IMG/VR virus record: IMGVR_UViG_3300035698_035303
Location: 639-64,638 of that record
Strand: one strand, 5' to 3'
Source of the DNA: a virus
Taxonomy: Duplodnaviria > Caudoviricetes
DNA: 64,000 nucleotides
Notes under the pieces: generated by a model
The model's input: the letters and a program-made list of their open reading frames with translations, nothing else
The model's database searches: none
What the model was told of the DNA's origin: nothing
Program-made: the position numbers and the translations under genes
Shown here: positions 42,450 to 52,191 of the stretch, piece after piece
Numbering within the stretch: the first letter of the stretch is position 1
Layout: each line of letters begins with the position of its first letter

Positions 42450-45400
42450 GCTTGCTACCAACATTTTTTAATGATATCCAACAAAATATTGATAAGTTTG
42501 GCTATGTCGGACATGACGATATCATTTCAGCTCCTTTAACACCAAAAGACAATTATCATGCACCTATTCCAGTTCATGATGAATCAGATTGGTATCAAAA
42601 CTTTATGTTTGTTGGGGAAGATCGTCTCCAAAGATATACTGATTTTGTTGGGATGGACGCACATCCTCTTATGTCATCCGCTCTTGACATTTATGCTGAA
42701 GAGTCATCACAAAAAGACGCATGGGGAAATGTTCTTCAAATTCATACAGATGACCAAGTCATTAAAGAAGAATTAGAACATTTATTGTTTAAACGTTTAA
42801 ATATCAACCATAATCTTTTCCGTATTGTAAGAGAAACATGTAAATATGGTGATAAATATCAATACCTTGTTTTAGAGAAAAACCGAAAAGGCGTTTTATT
42901 CTTAAAAGATATGCCTGTTCAATCAGTTTGGCGTTTGGAATGGCAAGGAAAACTACTTGCATTTGTACAACAGACACCAGCAGGTATTACTCCCCCACTT
43001 GACCCATTTAGTGTCGTTCATTGGAGAATTGCTTTAAATCAAGAACGCTACAAACCTTATGGAACATCTATATTTGATCCATGTCGTCGCCATTACCGTC
43101 AATTAGTTTTGATGGAAGACGCTATGGTCGTATATCGAATTACTAGAGCTCCGGAAAGAAGAGTGTTCTTTGTTAATTGTGGACGTTTGCCAACTCCTAA
43201 AGCCGAAGAATATATGAAGAAAATTACAGGCAGATTTCGTAAACGTTCTATTGTTAACCCAGTTAATGGTGAAATTGACTGGAGATCGAATCCGCTTGCC
43301 CCTGATGAAGATTTTTACATTCCCATAAGAGATGGGAATGACGGAACAAGGATTGAACAACTTGCAGGAGCCCAAAATCTTGGTGAAGTTGACGATGTTG
43401 TTTGGTTTAAAGACCAAATTCTGGCTTACCTCAAAATCCCCCGTGTTTATTTACAAGATACAGATGGGGGTTCGTCTGAACGCAGAGAAAATCTGTGTTT
43501 AGACGGCGATACTAAAATTGCACTTTTAGATGGGACTTCGCCTACTATCAAGGAACTTTCAGAAAAAGATGAAGATTTTTGGGTATATTCCATAAATGAG
43601 CATAATAAAGTTGTTCCTGGATTGGCGTCGGGGGTTAAGTTAACAAGGTCAAATACAGAAGTTGTTGAGGTTGAACTTGATAATGGTGAAAAGGTTATAT
43701 CAACACCTGATCATCCATTTATGAAACGTGATGGAACATATTGTAAAGCTGAAGACCTCAAATCAGGTGAATCATTAATGCCTTTATATAGAAAAATATC
43801 TGGTGTTGATGACGATAGTTGTCTAAAGGGATATGAAAAGGTTTACAATCCAAAATCGGGTAAATGGCCATTTACCCATAGGATGGTTGAGGAATCATTA
43901 CATAACCAAATCCCAAAGGATTGTGTTGTTCATCATTGTAATTTCAATAAGCGTGACAATAGCCCAAATAATTTAAAAGTAATGAATACTCAAGATCATG
44001 CAAAATATCATATTGAATTAGCATCTAAAAACATAACACCTGAAGTAATAGCTAAAAGAAATAAATCAATTAAAAGATTTTATAATACAGAAGAAGGAAA
44101 ACGTAAAATTGAATTAACTCGATTGGCAGGGGTAGAGAATCAACAAAAATGGTTAAAATCTAAAAAACATAGAGATTTTAAAAGTAAATTACGTAAACAA
44201 AGATATGTTCCTGGTGATGCATTTTATGATTTTCAACATTCAGATAAGAATGTAGAGTTGGGTAGAGAACGAGGACGACTAAATGTCATCAACGGTGCTA
44301 TTTCAAAGATGATTCAGAAAGCGGCGGATGCAAACAGGCGTAATGACATAACCTTTGACAAAGTTGTTGCAGCTGCTGAAAGTGGGGGTTATAGCCGGAA
44401 TACCCTCAGAGATCATCTAGGATGTTCTATTGGTCTGATTATTGCTGCAATCAAAAGTAATGGATTGACTTATAAAGAATTCCACAGGATTTACATAGCT
44501 CTACCAAGGATGAACTATCTTATAAAAATTGCGAAGGGCTGTCACTGTCAAAATATGGTTGATCTTATAAAATGGTCGAAGTTTTCAAAACCAGAAATTA
44601 TAAGAAGTATTAATAGTTATGGAATGAAAGTTCCTGAATTTATGAAAAAGTATTGTGACTTCACTCCAATGGATATATCCGAACAATGTAAGAACCATAA
44701 AGTTGTGGCTGTACGGAAATTAGAACAAAAAAGAGATACTTACTGTATGACCGTAAAAAAGTATCATAATTTTGCCCTAAGTAGCGGAATATACGTTAGA
44801 AATTCGATGCAAGATATTCGTTTTGCGCGAACAATAGAGAGAGTTCAAACGGAGATCCTTGAGGGGATAACTAAGATTTGTATTATCCATTTAATGCTTC
44901 GTGGTTATAATAAAACTCGTGCGTTAAATTTTGCAATTCAAACAACATCACCCTCATACGCGCACGAACGTGCGGAACAAGAAGTTGAAAGCAGCAGATT
45001 AAGTCTTGCAGATTCATATTTTGAAACGGGTTTCCCTCGTGAGTATACATGGGAACGAATTCTCAAACTTACTAAAAGAGAAACACGTAAATTACAGAAA
45101 AAACGTAGACAAGAAGATTTAATTTTAGCTGAGAGAGAAGCACAAGTCGAAGCTTATAGGACAAAAGCGACTGAATTTTATGAGGAGTTGTACTCAAATA
45201 AATGGGGTCTTGTTAAAGATACTGACGGGGATGATGATCAACAAACTAAAGATACCCATAAGTCAGGGGATGTCCCAAAGACATCCCAAGAACCTTATAG
45301 CGGTCATGGCAAAGGTAAAGAAATTGAACCAGCTAGAGAACAACCAGATGTAACAGCGCCACCAAAAAGTGAAACAGCGCAAAAAGAGACTATTAACCAA

Positions 45401-45886
45401 CTTATTAAAAAAGATGGGGATGAATCCGATCAAGAACAAATAATAATTGATCAGCCAGCTAACCCTACTAGGCTAAAGCAATCTTCTACACCTGATAAAG
45501 ATAAAAAAGTAAGAACTAAGGAACAAATAGAAGAAGAATTCAAAGTTATGCGTTCAAAATTTCTTGGAGATGATGGTGAGGAATTACGCGAGGATATGTT
45601 GTTTAATGGAATCGACAATAAAACATCGACAATACATCGAAATGGCATTAATCAAAATTTAGAAGATACTGCAAGAAGGCAAAGAGGACCAAAGTCTAAT
45701 TGCCATATTGAGCTACTTGCCCACGGTGAACTAGCTCCATTGAATTTAGCAGGTGGTAAATTAGCCATTACAACTAAAGGACCGTTAATGAGATCTATTC
45801 AGGCATTTCGCCAATTACAAAATAGCCAACGAAATGAGTGGTTATTAGGGACTGGGGAAAATGATGATAAAGAGATTAAACAGTAA
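42446..45886 (+). CDS. Portal protein (T4 gp20-like) containing an intein
   Basis: LMEDAMVVYRITRAPERRVFFVNCGRLP, EDFYIP, LAGAQNLGEVDDV and DIRFARTIERVQ motifs; start 42446 has AGGAG and an ATGA overlap. Confidence 0.95.
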   Translation: MSLLPTFFNDIQQNIDKFGYVGHDDIISAPLTPKDNYHAPIPVHDESDWYQNFMFVGEDRLQRYTDFVGMDAHPLMSSALDIYAEESSQKDAWGNVLQIHTDDQVIKEELEHLLFKRLNINHNLFRIVRETCKYGDKYQYLVLEKNRKGVLFLKDMPVQSVWRLEWQGKLLAFVQQTPAGITPPLDPFSVVHWRIALNQERYKPYGTSIFDPCRRHYRQLVLMEDAMVVYRITRAPERRVFFVNCGRLPTPKAEEYMKKITGRFRKRSIVNPVNGEIDWRSNPLAPDEDFYIPIRDGNDGTRIEQLAGAQNLGEVDDVVWFKDQILAYLKIPRVYLQDTDGGSSERRENLCLDGDTKIALLDGTSPTIKELSEKDEDFWVYSINEHNKVVPGLASGVKLTRSNTEVVEVELDNGEKVISTPDHPFMKRDGTYCKAEDLKSGESLMPLYRKISGVDDDSCLKGYEKVYNPKSGKWPFTHRMVEESLHNQIPKDCVVHHCNFNKRDNSPNNLKVMNTQDHAKYHIELASKNITPEVIAKRNKSIKRFYNTEEGKRKIELTRLAGVENQQKWLKSKKHRDFKSKLRKQRYVPGDAFYDFQHSDKNVELGRERGRLNVINGAISKMIQKAADANRRNDITFDKVVAAAESGGYSRNTLRDHLGCSIGLIIAAIKSNGLTYKEFHRIYIALPRMNYLIKIAKGCHCQNMVDLIKWSKFSKPEIIRSINSYGMKVPEFMKKYCDFTPMDISEQCKNHKVVAVRKLEQKRDTYCMTVKKYHNFALSSGIYVRNSMQDIRFARTIERVQTEILEGITKICIIHLMLRGYNKTRALNFAIQTTSPSYAHERAEQEVESSRLSLADSYFETGFPREYTWERILKLTKRETRKLQKKRRQEDLILAEREAQVEAYRTKATEFYEELYSNKWGLVKDTDGDDDQQTKDTHKSGDVPKTSQEPYSGHGKGKEIEPAREQPDVTAPPKSETAQKETINQLIKKDGDESDQEQIIIDQPANPTRLKQSSTPDKDKKVRTKEQIEEEFKVMRSKFLGDDGEELREDMLFNGIDNKTSTIHRNGINQNLEDTARRQRGPKSNCHIELLAHGELAPLNLAGGKLAITTKGPLMRSIQAFRQLQNSQRNEWLLGTGENDDKEIKQ
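43496..44803 (+). mobile_element. Intein (436 aa) with HNH homing endonuclease in the portal gene
   Basis: Starts CLDGDTKIALLDG; block B STPDHPF; ends YCMTVKKYHNFALSSGIYVRN followed by Ser; internal HRMV..VVHHCNFNKRDNSPNNL..H HNH motif. Confidence 0.93.
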
Positions 45887-45909
45887 AGAAATATACCGGG
45901 AGGATAACT

Positions 45910-47805
45910 ATGTCAGATAAGTATACTACAACATCTATGAGAATTCTTCAAAAAAGAAGTATTCAAGGTAGAATATCTACACTAGAGGAAGCAGCGCGAA
46001 GAGTTGAGCAGCCTTTAGTTGTTGAAGCGACTTTTGATAATCATTGTTTTTTGCTTAATACAGATACAAACGAACGTCTCCGTGTTGAGTATGAAATATC
46101 TGAAAATGGGTTTGAAGTTACATTTTCAAATCCTCAATTCGTTAAAGTCGAATCAGAGCTTGATGAAGTACGTAATAGACGATCTGATTTTTCTACTTTG
46201 TTAGTCGACTCCATTTCTCGTGACGATGTGGCCGCAACATCATACATTACCGAAGGCATCCTTGACGGTATCAAAACAGAAATAAGAGAGTCCGAAACTC
46301 ATGGTACGCATAAGTCATTGCGGGACATTGTAGACGAAGCTTTGGCAGAAACAAGCAAAGACTTAGATAGAGTAATTGTTAAAATGTCTGCTCATCTTTG
46401 CGAAAAGAACGAAAAACAACCTGCTGGCGTTACTATAATACCCAGTATAACAATTGATCTGCGAGAAGTAAAGACAAAACGCGATCAATCTGATCTTGAT
46501 ATTATCAAACGGTATCGAATTCTCAGCGCTCGTCAACTTGGCAAAAAGCTTGACGAGAATACAAAATTTATTCCTCTTGTAAAATCATTGTTTGAGGACA
46601 TTGATGATACAGAAGGCTATAAAGAAATTTGTGAACAGTTTGGTGGGGAATTCCTTACATTAAGTGGTGATGAACAGCGAACCATTTTAGAAACAATAAT
46701 GCTTGATGATGATGAAGCTGATATTGGGGTAGTTGTAAAAAACTTTAAAAATTATTCAAAACAATTTCATAATGAAGAAATTATGGTCCTACATCGTTTA
46801 GTTGGTAATTGTGAGCATAGACCTTATAGTGAAGCAATTAAACATCTAGAGGAAACCCTTGACTTGACAACCATGGGGAATGTTGATGTAAACGAGCTCC
46901 GTGATGTTATGAAAACTGTTTTAGAAAACTCAAAAGGTGGAAGATTCATGTCTGCCCACCTTGCTTCAAAATTCCGTCAAACTATATCTGATTTATCCGA
47001 GATGCTTAAATCAGGCAATATTGATGGTGGACATGTTGCAGTTGCAGTTGGGATGCTTTCTCAGTTTGCCCCTTATACATATTACCCAGGCCAACAAATT
47101 TCTAACGCAGTATCCCCTCAACAATATGCTGCCGCAAATGAAGATAAAGATAACCCAGCCGATGATGAAGGTGAAGCCGGTGAAGAGCCTATTGGTGGTG
47201 ATGAAGCTGATGAGGGTAGTAAAGAAGATAGAACAGAAAAACAAATGAAATTAAAAGGGTATAAATACCGTATTGATTTTTCAAAAAAGTCTAATATTCA
47301 GCCTTTATATACCAAAACTATGCAAAATGCTCTTGATTTAATGCGTGCTGATTATAAAAATGAAAAAGGTTATAAGATTGTAATGCTGGATGAAGACGAT
47401 GATGACGGTGACGAAACTGATGAATCTAACGATCAAGGCAAAGCAACTGAAACACCCACTAAAGCCAATTTGCCTGACAAAAAAGATGCTGCTCCCCAAG
47501 GTCCAAAAGATAATGATAAAGCAGAATCAGGCATAAAATCTAAATCCAAAGAAGCAATAGATTTGGGGAAAACTAAATGGAAGGGTGACGGACAAGCACC
47601 TCAAACTGCTGTTGACAAATGGGGAAAAGAAGGATTAGTAAATAAAGCTACAGGCAAAAACAAAGCCCCTAAAAAAGGTGGTGAAGGTGATGCCAATATA
47701 CCTAATTACTTTGATAAAGCAGATACTACACAAGATGCTGAGGACAAACTTGGGAAAGCACCATTAGCAAGAAAAGCAACCGGTGTTAATGCCCCTAAAA
47801 AATAA
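45910..47805 (+). CDS. Putative prohead core/assembly protein
   Basis: Lies between portal and protease; helical with acidic and Lys-rich C-terminal tracts. Confidence 0.5.
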   Translation: MSDKYTTTSMRILQKRSIQGRISTLEEAARRVEQPLVVEATFDNHCFLLNTDTNERLRVEYEISENGFEVTFSNPQFVKVESELDEVRNRRSDFSTLLVDSISRDDVAATSYITEGILDGIKTEIRESETHGTHKSLRDIVDEALAETSKDLDRVIVKMSAHLCEKNEKQPAGVTIIPSITIDLREVKTKRDQSDLDIIKRYRILSARQLGKKLDENTKFIPLVKSLFEDIDDTEGYKEICEQFGGEFLTLSGDEQRTILETIMLDDDEADIGVVVKNFKNYSKQFHNEEIMVLHRLVGNCEHRPYSEAIKHLEETLDLTTMGNVDVNELRDVMKTVLENSKGGRFMSAHLASKFRQTISDLSEMLKSGNIDGGHVAVAVGMLSQFAPYTYYPGQQISNAVSPQQYAAANEDKDNPADDEGEAGEEPIGGDEADEGSKEDRTEKQMKLKGYKYRIDFSKKSNIQPLYTKTMQNALDLMRADYKNEKGYKIVMLDEDDDDGDETDESNDQGKATETPTKANLPDKKDAAPQGPKDNDKAESGIKSKSKEAIDLGKTKWKGDGQAPQTAVDKWGKEGLVNKATGKNKAPKKGGEGDANIPNYFDKADTTQDAEDKLGKAPLARKATGVNAPKK

Positions 47806-47823
47806 CTTAATCTTGAGGTAAAA

Positions 47824-48105
47824 ATGTCAAAAGTTGATAAAAAATTAGATAAAGAAGTTGATAATGAGGCAACGGGAGACGTTGATCAACTGCGGTCTCA
47901 TATGGATGCATTAAATACAAAGTTTAAAGACGTTTTACCTCAAGGGCATAAAAATAATAGAGATGAGACTATTAAAGATTTTAAAAAAACCTTAAAAGAA
48001 GCCAAAAAATTAATATTAGCAGGTGGCCAAAGTATTAAATTCATTCAAGAAGTATTCGACTTTGAGGACAATTTAATAATGTTTTGTTTAAACCTGAACA
48101 AATAA
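47824..48105 (+). CDS. Hypothetical protein
   Basis: GAGG RBS; in the head gene cluster. Confidence 0.6.
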   Translation: MSKVDKKLDKEVDNEATGDVDQLRSHMDALNTKFKDVLPQGHKNNRDETIKDFKKTLKEAKKLILAGGQSIKFIQEVFDFEDNLIMFCLNLNK

Positions 48106-48115
48106 TGGAGCAAAA

Positions 48116-48961
48116 ATGACAGAACAGCAAAGCATTATTGATTTATTAACGGAAACTCGTGGGGTTCTATCAGAACTTCACAGGTTAGGTCTCCCAGGGC
48201 TTGACCCAAGATTACCACCTGAAATATTGGAACATAATCTTTATACAGACCCAAAAGATCATATTCTCTTATTAGAAGAAACTATGGTCCTTGCTCCGTA
48301 TTTTGATGTTGAAGTCAATGAGTCAATTGACCCTTATGAACAGGCTATGATATTGATGGAGGCTAACGGGGATGGACGGCTTCTTATGCGTGGGGTTTTC
48401 CAACGCGCTGGGAAGAAAAATCAAAATGGTAGAATATATTCCAACGAACTTTTGCAAAGAGAAGTTAAAAGGTTGCAAGATTCTATCGATGATAACAGAC
48501 TTGGTGGTGAATTAGACCATCCACAAAGTGCTAAAATTCGCGTCCCTGTCACAAGTCATTTAATAACTAAACTATGGATACCTAACAATTCAGATGAGGT
48601 TTATGGGGAGTTAACTCCTACTCACAATTCATCTGGTAGGGATTTGTTTAATTTAATAACTAAAGACAAAATGAGATTAGGCGTTTCAAGTCGTGGTACT
48701 GGAACTCTCAAAGAGACAGACAACGGGCTTCTTGTACAGCCTAATTATAATATGATTACTTTTGATATTGTTGCGGACCCATCAACTCACGGAGCTTTTC
48801 CAACTGAAGTTAACAACAGTAACAAAAAAATCGACAAAAAATCAACAACTGAAGAAAAACAAGATAATAATGATTCCAGTGTAGAATTACTGGAAATAAC
48901 AACAGAATTAATTACCCGGATGAAAAACGTATTCGGTCAAAGGCCAGGAGATAAAAAATGA
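48116..48961 (+). CDS. Prohead maturation protease (T4 gp21-like)
   Basis: GVFQRAGKKNQNGRIY, GELDHP, GVSSRGTG and FDIVADPSTHGAF motifs. Confidence 0.95.
   Translation: MTEQQSIIDLLTETRGVLSELHRLGLPGLDPRLPPEILEHNLYTDPKDHILLLEETMVLAPYFDVEVNESIDPYEQAMILMEANGDGRLLMRGVFQRAGKKNQNGRIYSNELLQREVKRLQDSIDDNRLGGELDHPQSAKIRVPVTSHLITKLWIPNNSDEVYGELTPTHNSSGRDLFNLITKDKMRLGVSSRGTGTLKETDNGLLVQPNYNMITFDIVADPSTHGAFPTEVNNSNKKIDKKSTTEEKQDNNDSSVELLEITTELITRMKNVFGQRPGDKK
48832..48867 (+). promoter_or_regulatory. CGACAA-N23-AAGATAA motif inside the 3' end of the protease gene
   Basis: Same boxes as the intergenic copies; ~90 nt upstream of the scaffold start. Confidence 0.4.
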
Positions 48962-50217
48962 AAAAAGTCTTAGAGAATGCACTTGGAGACGTTATAAACG
49001 TTCTTGGAGAAGAAAAAGCTTCACTAGTCGCCTTTGTTAGTGAAAAGGTCAAAGAAGCTGAAGAAAAAGTCGAAAAGATGAAAGGTGACTATGACGATAA
49101 AGTTGCTGAATTAAAAAGTGATAAAGAAAAGGCAGTCAAAGAGGCTGAAGATGAAGATGATGACGATAAAGTCAAAGAGGCTGAAGAAGAATTTGAAAAG
49201 AAAATTGAAAAAGTTAAAGAGTCTTTTGATGCAAAAATTGCTGAAATGAAAGACGACTTTGAAAATAAAATTAAAGATGAAGCTGACGATGATGACGATG
49301 ATGACGATGATGACGATGATGACGATGAAGAAACTGACGAAGGTGAACTACCTCCGGCTTTGAAAAAAGCAATAGAGTTAAAGAAAGCCATCACAAAAAG
49401 TAAAAATGAAGCTGACGATGATGACGATGAAGAAACTGATGAAGGTGAATTGCCACCAGCTTTGAAAAAAGCAATAGCGAAAAAGAAAGCCGAATCAGGA
49501 GACGATGAATGTAAAGAATGTGATGACAAAGAAGAAAAAATTGAAAAGCTTGAAAAAGAGGCTGTAGAAAAAGAAGACGAAATTGAAAAGATTAAAGAGG
49601 GATTAGCAGAAAAGGTTAATTCATTTTTAACAAACATCCTCCCTCGTCTACACAACATTGTTAAAGAAGAAAAAACATTATCTCCAGACAATATGAATGC
49701 TGAGAATATTCTCGAAAGCATTAAAACATTGGTTGGAGAAGGTAATTTACCATCCTCGAGCCTTTCTGAGGAAGTTAATAAAGATGAGTTCAGTGAAAAA
49801 ATTGCTGAATTTGAAACTAAGTTCGAAGAACTCACAGAAACACAAGAAGATCTCAAGGGGAGATTAAGGCGTAAATCTAACAAGCTTAATGAGGGCTTGA
49901 CTGATAACGCACAACTCAATGCGCAGTTGAAAGTGTGGGAGCTTTGTGCAGATGATCCGGATCGTGATTTCATTATGACACGACTTGCCGAATGCGCAAC
50001 CGTTGATGATGTGGAAGAACAGTTCCCGATTCTCAAGGAAAAAATTAGACGTGATGCTGAAGAGGATCTTATTGAAGAATTTGGGGACCCCAATTTTGAG
50101 GGACCTGGTTCTAACATCAATGAGGAAGTTCCAACAAAGCCAAGTGATTTATCACCTTTGAATGAAAGTGACAAAAATAGATTGGCTGAACTTGCTGGGA
50201 TTATGCCTATTAAGTAA
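48958..50217 (+). CDS. Prohead scaffold/core protein (T4 gp22 position)
   Basis: Acidic coiled coil between protease and MCP; duplicated EADDDD..EETDEGELPPALKKAI; C-terminal RLAELAGI. Confidence 0.8.
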   Translation: MKKVLENALGDVINVLGEEKASLVAFVSEKVKEAEEKVEKMKGDYDDKVAELKSDKEKAVKEAEDEDDDDKVKEAEEEFEKKIEKVKESFDAKIAEMKDDFENKIKDEADDDDDDDDDDDDDDEETDEGELPPALKKAIELKKAITKSKNEADDDDDEETDEGELPPALKKAIAKKKAESGDDECKECDDKEEKIEKLEKEAVEKEDEIEKIKEGLAEKVNSFLTNILPRLHNIVKEEKTLSPDNMNAENILESIKTLVGEGNLPSSSLSEEVNKDEFSEKIAEFETKFEELTETQEDLKGRLRRKSNKLNEGLTDNAQLNAQLKVWELCADDPDRDFIMTRLAECATVDDVEEQFPILKEKIRRDAEEDLIEEFGDPNFEGPGSNINEEVPTKPSDLSPLNESDKNRLAELAGIMPIK

Positions 50218-50259
50218 CACAAGGCACAGACACAAACACTAACGCTTTTAGGAGCAAAC

Positions 50260-52101
50260 ATGAGTAACACAAACGCATATCGCCAGGTTGGTCGTAGACT
50301 AATCGAAAGATGGTATCCTCTATTAGAGGGTCTCAGGGGCGAAGAAAACATCATTAACATGGCAATACTCTTGGAAAATGAGTGGCGTGAGGGTGGAAAC
50401 CTTCTCCCAGAATCTGACCAAATTATTGCTGAGTTCACCGCTTCAACTTTGGCTGGTCCTTCTGGACAGACCCCACAGGTCGCAACATTCAGACATTACC
50501 TAATGCCTTTGATTCGAAGAGTATATCCTAACCTATTTACTAACCAACTTGTTGGCGTTCAGCCAATGACTGGTCCATCAGCTCAGATTTTCTATTTGAA
50601 ATACTTTTATTCTGGTATCTCAAACATGCAAGACCCTTGGGGAACAACTCCAACAAGTAAGGGTGGAACTGCTCCTGGTACTGAGTATGGTAACTTTAGT
50701 GGAGATTCATGGTTCGTCGATCCATATTACTCCATGCAAACAGTTCGTCGTGAACCTATAGCTGCATTTGCAGGATCAGATTTTTCTGGTGCGCCAGCCA
50801 CAGTAACTCATGATATGGTTGCTGCTAACGGTCAGCCTCCTGTTTTTGATAATACTTCAAAATGGTATTTCCTTGCAGCAGATGCTAATACATACGCAGT
50901 TGCTACAACTGTAACACTTATTGAGTTAACTGGCTTTGTAAATGGTGTAACCCCAGGTTCCGCTATTACAGCTACATCAATTGCTACTATCAAAGGTACA
51001 ACCGCATTTACTAATACAGTAACAGGTTGGATTGATAGAACAGGTGCTTCTAGCGCAAATCAGTGGAACATTGTTACAAGTAATGTTGGTTCCCATGATT
51101 TCTTCTTATCCGCCACAGAATCTGCTGCAGCTGTAACTGCTGGATCTGATTACTTGGGTGTTAATACTGTTACTTATGACTTCAATATGGAAAACAGACC
51201 AGAAATGCCTGAACTTTCCTTAGAAATCGCAAGCGATACAGTAGGCGTTCAGACTCGTAAATTGCGCACCGTATGGTCCGTTGAGTCTAGCCAAGATATG
51301 AAAGCTATGCATCAAATTGATGCTGAAAAAGAGCTTATTAGTCTTCTAGCTGCTGAACTAGCTGCTGAGATTGATCGTGAAACTTTGAATAACCTTATCA
51401 TGAATGCTGGACAAAGACGCGATTACAACTATTCCCATCCTGGAATCGTTGGTGGTTTTGCTCAAGCAAATGGTGCTGGTTACTTGAACTGGGATCAGCA
51501 AGCAAGTATTCCTGCTGCCGGTGCTGGAGCATGGTTCCCCGTACCAGGATCTGGTAATTACGATGATCGTAACAAATCATTGATGTATCAAACAATTGAA
51601 ATGGCTAATGACATTTATCGCCAATCGCTTCGTGGTTCTGCTAACTGGATTGTTACTTCCCCAAGTATCGCCAGCAAGTTTGAAGCAATGAGTGAATTCG
51701 AATCCACTGCAACTTCTGAGACTCTATACAATATTGGTATTCAGGAAAGTGGCATCTTGGCAAGTAAGTTTAAGTTGATTAAAGACCCTCTATTCCCTGA
51801 AGATTTAATTCTCATGGGTTATAAAGGCCCTTCATTTATGGACAGTGGTTACTTCTATTGCCCATACGTACCAATTCAGCTTACTCCAACAGTTGTTGAC
51901 CCACGTACCTTCAATCCTGTAAAAGGTGTAATGACTCGTTACGGCAAATTGATGGTTGAAAATGGGGAGAGAATGTACGGACTTATTAAGGTTGACAATC
52001 TTAATTCAGTTGGTAGTTCAACTCCTGCAGGGTTCCCAATCCAGACCAGCTCGACTGTAAGTGGCAGCGATATGATCAGTGGCGATACGAACCTAGTATA
52101 A
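50260..52101 (+). CDS. Major capsid protein (T4 gp23-like)
   Basis: PLIRRVYPNL, VGVQPMTGP, TRKLRTVWSVE, AEIDRE, YCPYVP and PVKGVMTRYG motifs. Confidence 0.97.
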   Translation: MSNTNAYRQVGRRLIERWYPLLEGLRGEENIINMAILLENEWREGGNLLPESDQIIAEFTASTLAGPSGQTPQVATFRHYLMPLIRRVYPNLFTNQLVGVQPMTGPSAQIFYLKYFYSGISNMQDPWGTTPTSKGGTAPGTEYGNFSGDSWFVDPYYSMQTVRREPIAAFAGSDFSGAPATVTHDMVAANGQPPVFDNTSKWYFLAADANTYAVATTVTLIELTGFVNGVTPGSAITATSIATIKGTTAFTNTVTGWIDRTGASSANQWNIVTSNVGSHDFFLSATESAAAVTAGSDYLGVNTVTYDFNMENRPEMPELSLEIASDTVGVQTRKLRTVWSVESSQDMKAMHQIDAEKELISLLAAELAAEIDRETLNNLIMNAGQRRDYNYSHPGIVGGFAQANGAGYLNWDQQASIPAAGAGAWFPVPGSGNYDDRNKSLMYQTIEMANDIYRQSLRGSANWIVTSPSIASKFEAMSEFESTATSETLYNIGIQESGILASKFKLIKDPLFPEDLILMGYKGPSFMDSGYFYCPYVPIQLTPTVVDPRTFNPVKGVMTRYGKLMVENGERMYGLIKVDNLNSVGSSTPAGFPIQTSSTVSGSDMISGDTNLV

Positions 52102-52133
52102 GAGAAGCAGCTAACGCTGCCTAATTGAAACCT

Positions 52134-52174
52134 AAAAGGGTGGGGCGGACTTCAAAACCCGCTTCACCCTTTTT
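52134..52174 (+). terminator. Rho-independent terminator after MCP
   Basis: AAAAGGGTGGGGCGG...CCGCTTCACCCTTTTT hairpin with U-tract. Confidence 0.85.
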
Positions 52175-52191
52175 AATTTGAGGAGTTAAAA

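Noticed and set aside
45613-45668. Two CGACAA boxes in the 3' end of the portal gene
   Set aside because: No AAGATAA box at a matching distance, so not counted as a promoter-motif copy.
49285-49330. (GATGAC/GAT)n microsatellite-like tract
   Set aside because: It encodes a poly-Asp tract in the scaffold; the unit is a multiple of 3, so there is no phase-variation frameshift.
49089-50438. 449-aa minus-strand ORF
   Set aside because: Antisense shadow of the Glu/Asp/Lys-rich scaffold gene; the poly-Ser/Phe content mirrors GAA/GAT codons.
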